Source: Chlorokybus atmophyticus (lineage: Eukaryota > Plantae > Mesostigma and Chlorokybus algae). From it: 19,861 bases of DNA. Location of the stretch: assembly GCA_009103225.1 (NCBI GenBank), contig RHPI01002829.1, positions 1 to 19,861 on the forward strand, given 5' to 3'. Below the pieces are notes generated by a model. It did no database searches. It saw only the letters and a list, made by a program, of their open reading frames with translations, and was not told the origin of the DNA. A program made the position numbers and the translations under genes. Every line of letters starts with the position of its first letter. Positions within the stretch are counted from its first letter, which is position 1. Below, in pieces: positions 1 through 8,191 of the stretch.

Positions 1-44
1 GGTTCATGGATGCGGACCCAGGAGCGGGCCCGCATCCAAGAACC
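1..44. repeat. 19-bp imperfect inverted repeat (hairpin)
   Basis: GGTTCATGGATGCGGACCC (1-19) versus the reverse complement of 26-44 (GGTTCTTGGATGCGGGCCC): 17/19 match, 6-nt loop. May extend beyond the window edge. Confidence 0.85.
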
Positions 45-215
45 AGCATAGAGCCGCGCACCGTACATTTTCGTGCCGCACCATGTATGGGGCGGCATGG
101 ACCAGCAATGTTGCTGGTTGGCGGCCCCTGCAGGGCGCGCTACACGTGTACCATAACTACAGTATCGTTAGTACATGTATGATTGTACATAATGTGTATC
201 ATCATTTATATAACA

Positions 216-345
216 GGCCGCACCGACTGTCGCCGCTTACCATAAAGTGGACAGTCGCAAATGGTCGGCTGTCAATGTATATTGACAGCCGGCTGTCCAT
301 GTACATTTTAACTTGACAGCCGCCGACCAGTTGCGGCTGTCCACT
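216..345. repeat. GACAGCC/GGCTGTC motif array, block A
   Basis: Alternating GGCTGTC and GACAGCC motifs. Perfect IR GGCTGTCAAT-GTAT-ATTGACAGCC (267-290) overlaps the perfect palindrome GACAGCCGGCTGTC (284-297). Confidence 0.7.
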
Positions 346-352
346 TGTGGCC

Positions 353-500
353 TATATATACATATATAGGCCATATGTATATATGGATATGTGTATATAT
401 AAATATATGTGTATATATACACATATATATATGTATATATGTATATATGCATATATACAGATATACAGATGTATATATACACATATGTGTGTGTGTGTGC
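353..500. repeat. Imperfect (TA)n/(TG)n compound microsatellite
   Basis: Continuous TATA/TATG/TACA alternation ending in a (GT)n tract at about 487-499. It explains the Y/I/M/C-rich spurious ORFs here. Confidence 0.95.
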
Positions 501-1029
501 ATGTAGGTGTAGGCTTAAGGCATTTACAAGCAAAAATTGTCGACATATTGCGGCCGCAATATGCAGCCGTGCAGCTACTTCATGTCTATAATTTCATGTA
601 CATACATTGTTGTAAGTATATTGATGCGCGTACACATGTGCATTTTGACCTTTTATATGCAAAATTGTATACGTCTAAAGTAATGTATAACAACATGAAT
701 ATAAAAAGTATTATAATTATCTATAATAATAGTAGTGTTAATAATGATACCAATTTTACATCCATGCGTAGCGCATGGATGTAAAATTATTACATTATAT
801 ATAGTTCGTTGGTTATGACATTATTATAATGTTCACAACCGTTAATATCATACCATGAATACATATGTTGATGCTGTTCGTATGTTGCATTGTTAAGCGT
901 AGTTTATAGTATATTTAATTTTGATGATTTATATGAAACGAAAGCGCAAGCAATGTCAGATGTTATGACCTATAGCCTTACTTGTATAACCTCATCAATG
1001 GCCTATAAAAGCCTCATGCGACCACAGAA

Positions 1030-1315
1030 TCATCGACAGCCCGATAAGGTACACTGGCTGCATTGACAGTCGCAATTTGGCTACTATCACTAAGCATTGT
1101 CACAATGACAGCCCCTAACAAGTCTACAAATTGTACTGGCGTATTGACAACCGCCGAGTTCGCGGCTACCGGTATGTAGTTTACCACCGTCCATGTAAGT
1201 GGTACAGCCTATGAATGCTACAGTTGCATGGGCTCAGCCTATGGGCCTATCAAAGTGACAATCTCCGACTGTCCATCGGCAATTACTGCCGCAGGCCGAC
1301 AGTCGCCAAGCGGCG
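1030..1315. repeat. Degenerate GACAG/CTGTC motif array, block B (related to block A)
   Basis: TGACAGTCGCAATTTGG resembles block A GGACAGTCGCAAATGG, and TTGACAACCGCCGA resembles TTGACAGCCGCCGA. CCGACTGTC occurs in both blocks. Same orientation. Confidence 0.5.
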
Positions 1316-1365
1316 CATGCAAAACACCATATGATATAGGTTGCCATGCGATCCTATAGGTACAT

Positions 1366-1438
1366 GCACTTGCAGCTTAGTGGTAAGGGCGTCGTCTTTG
1401 ATATGCTAAAGGTACTGGGTTCGAATCCGGCCGATGCG
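1366..1438 (+). pseudogene. Degenerate tRNA-like sequence (tRNA pseudogene or tRNA-derived SINE head)
   Basis: 73 nt with an A-box-like CAGCTTAGTGG and a perfect B-box GGTTCGAATCC (1418-1428) at tRNA spacing. The D-stem pairs, the acceptor stem has 2 mismatches, the T-stem lacks one base and the anticodon stem does not pair, so it is unlikely to be a functional tRNA. Confidence 0.7.
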
Positions 1439-1583
1439 TGCGTTCTTGACTAATGATTCCACTAACGCCGCGGAGCTGGCCGCGGCCTCGTGCGCCGCAG
1501 GTTGGGCGTGGCCGGTGCCGCCGGCAAAGATGTCTCAACTTTTACTGCATTTGCACTCATATTTACATTGTTCCATAAAATTC

Positions 1584-2344
1584 GGTCCATGGTCCGCTGG
1601 CCGGACCAGTTATGATTGAAGTATTGTAAAGACATGAATTAATCCCTGGTTCGATGGCCGGACCATACCTGGTCCTGACGCAACAGTAATCGGCCGGACC
1701 TTGAGTGATTCGTACCAAGAGACAAGGGTACCAATCACGTGACAATGGTCCAACTGTCGATTAAAAACAGACCATGCAAGCTCCACCAATTTCATGTAGC
1801 AGGGGGAAATCCCGGTCTAAGGGTACGGACCATTCATGGTCCAAAAATGTCAGGCGGTGTGCAGGCCACCAGCAGCGGCGGCCCAACTGCGGTCAGCGGC
1901 GGCTCAATTGCAGCTGCGGCTGACTGCAGTCAGCCGCCAGCGCACAGTTAAATTACAGCAATTTCAGCCGCTGCCGGTCAGCTTATAAAGTCGGTCCGGC
2001 TACAGCCGGCCATAACGCATAGTAAACACTGCCAACCGGACCACACCTGGTTCGACTATCTACCGGTATAGATGCGCACCAGCCATGGCTGCTACTTTGC
2101 ATGCTTGTATGAACAGGGACCATTGATGGTCCTTACACATGACCATAACCGGTCCGACCTCTAACAGTTCTGACCGGGACCAGCCTTGGTTCGGTTTTTT
2201 GGGGGACCGTGGGACAATTACGTACTGTTGGGACCAGCCCTGGTCCGGACCCCGCGTGCAGACCAAGGCAGCCGACCCTGGTCCGGACCCCAAGCCGCCC
2301 GGGCGTTTTGGCCCTGGTCCGTACGTGCGGACCAGGGCTGGTCC
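1584..2344. repeat. Array of GGACCA-N4-TGGT(C/T)C palindromes (possible transposon subterminal region)
   Basis: 24 GGWCC sites counted in about 760 bp. Perfect GGACCA-N4-TGGTCC at 1660, 1827, 2117, 2231 and 2329; one-mismatch copies at 2038 and 2177. Confidence 0.8.
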
Positions 2345-2374
2345 GTGGAAAAAATTCCGAGTGAGAGGGTTATG

Positions 2375-3644
2375 TCAAACACTTGCGAGTTGGCTCGGGG
2401 GCATGGCGAGGGGGAGCTGACACGTGCGCGTATGTGTTGATGACTAGAGGAGCCCCATTACCCAACAGACCAACAGAGCGCATGCATGCTTGCTCACCAC
2501 GCCAATGTTGGAGTTCTGATCAAGGGTTGCGACTCTGGAGAAGGAGGAGGGCAGCCGAAATGCACGCACGCCATCGCCAACATTGTAGCCCGCTTGAACT
2601 GCGACAACATGCACATAAGCATCATGTGGACATGCAGAGTAAAAGGACCATTCCATGTCAAACAAGCAGTGCTGCTCACCGTCGGGGCCTCCAAAGGTTA
2701 GCTCGGGTAGAGTAAACCCACAAAGACCGTGCGTCTGTTCAAAGCTATCACCGCTTGAAACGTGTTCCAGCGTTGGGGTGCGTACAGGGTAAGTGGTCAT
2801 CTGTACATGCAAACATCATGATGTAGTGTTGTAACGTCGTGATATCATGCTATGACCGGGCATTGCATGCTGCGTGAACACCCATAGCGAACACTTGCTA
2901 TACTGCACCACTTGCGTCGGGCGGTAACTTGCCCCGCGGCGGCACAGTTCAAGCAGCACGGAAAGTCTGGCGCGATGTAACCTCAGCGCGAGAAGCAGTG
3001 TCTTGACTGTGCAGTACGGACCGTGAAGCTTAACAGCGTGACGCGCAAGCTTTGCCCGTGTAATGTAGTACGATGACGCGTATCGTGCGCATTACGCACA
3101 ATCACGTTGAACGATTTCTGGGCCATGGTTTCATCTGCTGGAACTTGCATCGTGCTAGGGTAGGTTCATGTTGGTGTTTTCGTTGCAAGAAGTTGCTATT
3201 GCTGATTCAGCAATGGCATCAAATTGGGATTACAAATGCAATGCTAATAGGCTGCCCTTATCGAATGTGTTGTGCCTATTGGAATTTGTAAATTTAAATG
3301 CATCATGTGGGTATGTTACATGCACTGCGTTAAAGCATTTTAGCATGGTGCACATTGCACACCGAGTGCATGATAAATTCAATTGATTATGCAATAACAA
3401 TTGGTGTGATAATGGCATGCACCAGATATGAGTGAAAACTCCATAATGCCAATTCCAATAATACGATGCAGAAATAACATACACCGTATCGATTAAGCAC
3501 GTACACATATAAAAGAGTCATAACAGTTGATTCGTGCATACTGCTTGGTGGCGAGAGCTTCTTTGATCTCTTGCGTGGTGCTGGCAGGTGATCCGACCAT
3601 GGCCTTTGCCTTGCCCCTTTCTTCCTCCCTTCCTCTACTTTCAT
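2375..3644 (-). CDS. Putative 4-exon orphan protein (187 aa) with an NLS-like N-terminus and a beta-rich body
   Basis: Hand-spliced exons 3644-3542, 3137-3022, 2800-2498 and 2416-2375; phases 1, 0, 0 all fit. Donors GTATGC, GTCCGT (weak) and GTGAGC; all acceptors CAG. An in-frame TAG lies just upstream of the ATG. Exon 3 is a 303-nt open frame. No family recognised. Confidence 0.45.
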
Positions 3645-5315
3645 GCTCGCTCCAATCTAGCCTGGGTGCACTTAGCATATCGTGGTGTGCCCCCACCCTA
3701 CATATTAAATTCAACTTAACGAGCGGCTCGTTATCTGTGTGATATGTGCACGATGTTTGCCGTATCATTAAGTACAGTGCCAACTACTATTCGTTTGTGC
3801 CTAATTCTTGCTGTGCTGCAGCCATTAGTCGTGTTGCTATGCATAAGCATAGTTTGCATGTATAGGGTATACGCTGTATACCGTGTCGCCCTAGCATTGC
3901 ATCATGTGCATCATTAAAAATATATGACACCATGTCGACTTGGACATAAATTTTCAATGCACAAGAGTTTCACGTTTGTACAACTCGAAGCGTTGATCGA
4001 AGACTGGCGATCAAAAGATTAGGTGTCTCGTTTGCAGAACATGAACAACAAGTACACAATTACATGCTAGCATGTCAGCAAAGCTCTCTCACCTCTTTCC
4101 CCTCGCATAGTAAGCATGTGCCAGCCAATTGCATTGGTCAGACATAAAACATCTGCTTTAATACTATTCGGCTAGTTTTTGGGCTAAGCACATATATGGA
4201 AATGTATTCCAAGAAGTGCGCATTTCAGAACCATTCAATCAGCTTCACCTGTAGCAGAGCTAAGGCAGGCACGAGCAATTCTAGCAACCTATTGCATCAA
4301 TCACACTGGGACAGCCTATATCTAGCACGCTCTCACACATGCACCTGTTCAAAAAGCAAGCATGCATACAGAGTCATACAGAGATTGCAAGCAATGCCCA
4401 GTAGAGATGGTTAATGGGGACCCAGCATTCTTCAGGAGGGACGATAGGTGCTAACTTTAGATGTGCCAGAGTGTGGCAGATGACTCGTAATATCAGAGTG
4501 TGTGGCAGGTTTATCTTCTCAGGGACTCTGCGTGCATCTCAATAGCATGTAGAGGATATGCGCGAGACAATTGGCGACATGCATGTGTGCAGTGCCTACT
4601 TGTGGAACTCTTGTCAAGCCAATGAGTTACGCGTGGACCGTCGCCGTTTGGAAGGCACACTGCATGCATGCATGCTTTCCGACTTCACTTGTGCCATGCT
4701 TGGCAGACGGGACCCATGTAAAGCCAACACGCACCTCGCCACCACTTGCAACGGAGTGCAGGTGCGCTACCTCTTATTAGGGAGGGGGCTCGTCAAGCAA
4801 CAGCAACTTTATGGCAACAGGCATAACGCTACAGAGTGGCGTTAGGTGACCATCAGTCGCCCTCTGCAATCCCAAAATCACACAACGTGGACAACGCATC
4901 ACATGAGTACACAGTCAATCAAGATAGAGTAGCGAAAAGTGCATTCTACACCACCACACGCACATGTGCAGTCCCTTACACTAAGGGGGAACCACTGCTC
5001 AAGGCAGTAGCTGTTCCTCAGTAGAGCCACACATTGGCAACCATGCCAGAGCGGGCAATTGCTATGTCACCTGCTGGGATCCTGGGAAGACTAGTAACAT
5101 TGTATCAGGCCAGTTATACATGGATAAAGCAGCTGCATGCATGTGAGCATTGGTGTGCGCACCCCGGCGTACCCATGCACATGCGTGTGCGTGTAAACAA
5201 CTTTGTTATGTGTTGGTTAACCAATCATGCCATGAGAGCATCAGATTGCAATTGGTTCAATCCAACCACAATCAATGCGCAAGTCAAATCGTCTTGCTTG
5301 CGGTCACTGAGATAC

Positions 5316-7877
5316 CTAGTAGATGACATCACAGTTGTTGCCAGCAGCGTCCCTGAAGGGGATGTCCCAAGCTTTGAGGCTTCCAGACAGGCCCAAAGCA
5401 AGCAAGTCATACTCCAGCACGTATGAAAACCCCGTGACGTAAGCTTTCAACCCGCAAAGTGCTCTGTTCAACCCTTCTAGCTCTTGCGCAAAAGTCGCAT
5501 CATTCCCAGGCTTTGCCAACATCTGACCATGCGAACCTGCTGGCAGGTCTATGATGCGCGCAAGCGTAGAATACACAATCTCCTGGTCTTTCACAAGCTG
5601 CGGAGAGGACGCGTTTGGCAGCGCCTTGCGCAACTGTTGCCTCAACAATAAGGGCTCAGGGCCAGATGCAACCTGCAGGCAGGGGTTAAGCATCATTACA
5701 AAATATACAGGCACACTCTTCGTGAACACATGGTGTATGGACGTTTTGAGCAAGCAACAAAGGGATGAAATAACTTGCTTGCACCTGCCAGCACGCAAGC
5801 ACAGACCCCGTGGATGTTAGCAATACTCTGTCCAATATCAGCTGCATTGCGCCCGTCTTGCAGGCAACACCTGCGACAGCATGCGTGCCATTGGCTTGGC
5901 TGACTGTTTACCGCAAGGCACTTAGCAAGGTAGGTACATCAACCATTGCGCGTTGGATTGGTCAACCGCAACTACTGACCTCTGCTACATGCTATGCAGG
6001 AAACATGTTATGTGATGGATGTCACCACTCATGACGATCTGATTTGTTAAGGAGCTGCTAAGATATCCACAAAGCTGTTGGACTTGAGGAACAACCCATC
6101 ACAACCAGGTGTTTCCACACATACCTGCAACCGCCCGCATCTCAACATCTGTAGTTCCAGTAGTCTCTGAGACAGGAGTCAAATGGTGCGACGCATGATA
6201 AAAGCTGATGTGGTACAGAGAGGCATCCTGCGTCATCAGCGCTAATAAAAATTTTAGTAGTTTAGGCAGCATGACATTAAGAAGACACACAGATTGTCTT
6301 TTCACCTGGTAGTAGATGCCGACGTTTTGAACCGACGACCCCAGCGCAGTTCTCGTGGCTTCTTCCAGTGATTGGACGACAGCAGGGTCATGCAGCGGCA
6401 GCACTATTGCGCGCACTGGTTGCTGAAGGCGCTTAAGCACCGGGGTGATACTGCGATCGGCTGCAGACAGAGGGCAGAGATGAATGGCTGAGTGTCTTGT
6501 GTCTAGCTCTCCATGCAGCAGTGTGCAAAGATCATTACACCAGCACAACCTGTGTCGTTTTAGGCAAGAGCAAGATGTGTATGTGATGATGGGAAGGACT
6601 AAAAAGACTCGAACGACTTAAACCACTCACTGCTACACAATTCAGGACATAGTGCAACCTTGCCTTGGGTTGTCGTGAACAAATCGGTCTTCTTCAGCCC
6701 CTGAGCGCTATCCACAGATTGCAGGACGGCCTTCAACCCCAGTTTCTGCGCCTTCTCACCCAGCCTATCATATACGGCCCTGTGATGCGGCCATTACACG
6801 GCCGCCTGATGAGAGTCAGCAGTTAAACACTGATGACCAACTCAAAGAATGTATGCACAGGGTATAAGTCAATCGGCACATCATGTGCAGTCATGCAGTG
6901 CTTAGCATCCAACGCAGCACACCACACACAGTGCAACAGCGAGCAGCACACGCAAGGACAAGCAGTCACAAGCAGATATTGGCCAACACCGCACATATAA
7001 TCACACAACCCCAGGGCGCTAAACTACTCACCTAGTGCAACTAAGTGCTGCTATGTGCTGTGCGGTGGGTAGTGGGCAGTGGGTAGTGGATAGAGTAGGC
7101 AAAATGCTGTGACCGACCTGTCGAGCAGAGAGTATGCATGTCTCTTGAAGCAATGCAAGCACGAGTTGACATTGGAACTAACACATCGCGTAATCTATAG
7201 CTACACACAACTCCAGTCTGGGCATGGCCTTGGCTGCAGTAAAATGGTCTCCAACGAACGCAATATTGACTTATACACGTGTGCATACAAAGGGCGTTGA
7301 TCATGCTTGGTAACGCCAAGCTGACCTGCATGTCATTGCAACGCCGACACCATTGCTGCTGTGACACATATACTATGCTATGCGACCAGTCCACATCACT
7401 GCCACGTGCGAGCTTGGAGAGCTAACCTAAAGTCAACCAGAGGCAAAGCTCCGCAGCACATACACAATAGAGCCCCGGCGAGCCAGTCAAACTGTAACGT
7501 GACAACGCTCACAGCCACCAACCCAACTACTGCTAACCCAGGATGCGTAATCATGGGTGCTTGCAAGCAGACGAAGCACAGCTGTGGACCTCCTTACCTT
7601 ACCTTCGCTGTAGGGCATACGGCGTCTCCATCACACTCAAAGTCTGGGACAGGCCTGCATCGACAGGCCGACCAGATGCATGGTCTCCTGCTATTTGCAC
7701 GCTGCAATGCAACGCCAGCCTGCGCTTGCCAACGACAACGCCAGCCCCAGTGAAGTCGTACAGCCACAGCCACATGCACAGCACCATCACCGCCACCGCA
7801 GACAGTAACGCCAGCAGGGACGACGGCGGCAGTGCCGCACCTGCCCTCCTCGCCGCCTGCCCGCTCCGCTGCGCCAT
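5316..7877 (-). CDS. Membrane-anchored 2H-phosphoesterase-like protein of a conserved uncharacterised plant family (363 aa)
   Basis: Exons 7877-7603, 6779-6664, 6460-6306, 6227-6125, 5870-5785 and 5672-5316, all phases consistent. N-terminal hydrophobic segment LLALLSAVAVMVLCMWLWL. Motifs TPVLK..PVRA, LYHISFYHASHH, LDRVLLTSTG..ACWQ and LRKALP..QL...YSTLAR recall, from memory, the At1g74530-like plant family. Confidence 0.8.
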
Positions 7878-8191
7878 TCCCCCAGCTGTGGCCTGACTAG
7901 GCCAACCCTGCAAACACTTGGCCTAAAACAGCGGTTAAGTCTACTCGGTTCAAGCCAAGTAACACTCGGTCAGCGTAGCGGAGTTACCGCAGTAACAATT
8001 TTGCGGTTTGCTCTCGATAGAAGAGATATCAGAAGTACTATCTAGTTGTACAATCTGTGTGTGGCGTATTACGCTTGGTTACTTAAAGTAACCGAGCAGG
8101 CGTTCAGTGGCTTAATATGGTGCATTCAATGTCTTAACGTCCCTTACATTGTGAGCTGAACATGTCTCCAGTGTCTTAACGGGAGTTGGGC
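7878..8191. promoter_or_regulatory. Candidate bidirectional promoter
   Basis: Only 314 bp separate the divergent start codons at 7877 (-) and 8192 (+). Confidence 0.6.

Noticed and set aside
237-784. Several Y/I/M/C-rich ORFs, including a 145-aa ORF
   Set aside because: Translations of the TA/TG microsatellite and AT-rich DNA, with no protein-like composition.
1366-1438. Functional tRNA (Gln-TTG or Ser-TGA)
   Set aside because: The anticodon stem does not pair in either register, and the acceptor and T stems are damaged.
1584-2344. CRISPR array
   Set aside because: Repeats are 16-bp split palindromes with irregular spacing (54-211 bp) in eukaryotic DNA, and there are no cas genes.
2060-2440. 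ORFs rich in GP/DQ/PW
   Set aside because: By-products of the GGACC/GGTCC array.
3493-3783. Alternative frame (RLDWSEHES...QEIKEALATKQ) as exon 1 of the orphan gene
   Set aside because: It ends in phase 2 at the GTATGC donor, and joining to either acceptor near 3137 gives an immediate TGA. The MKVEE frame fits.
4558-5426. Plus-strand ORFs 4558-4845, 4836-5024 and 5034-5426
   Set aside because: No motifs. They are antisense to the last exon and probable 3' UTR of the 2H-like gene (TGTAA on - at 4976-4980).
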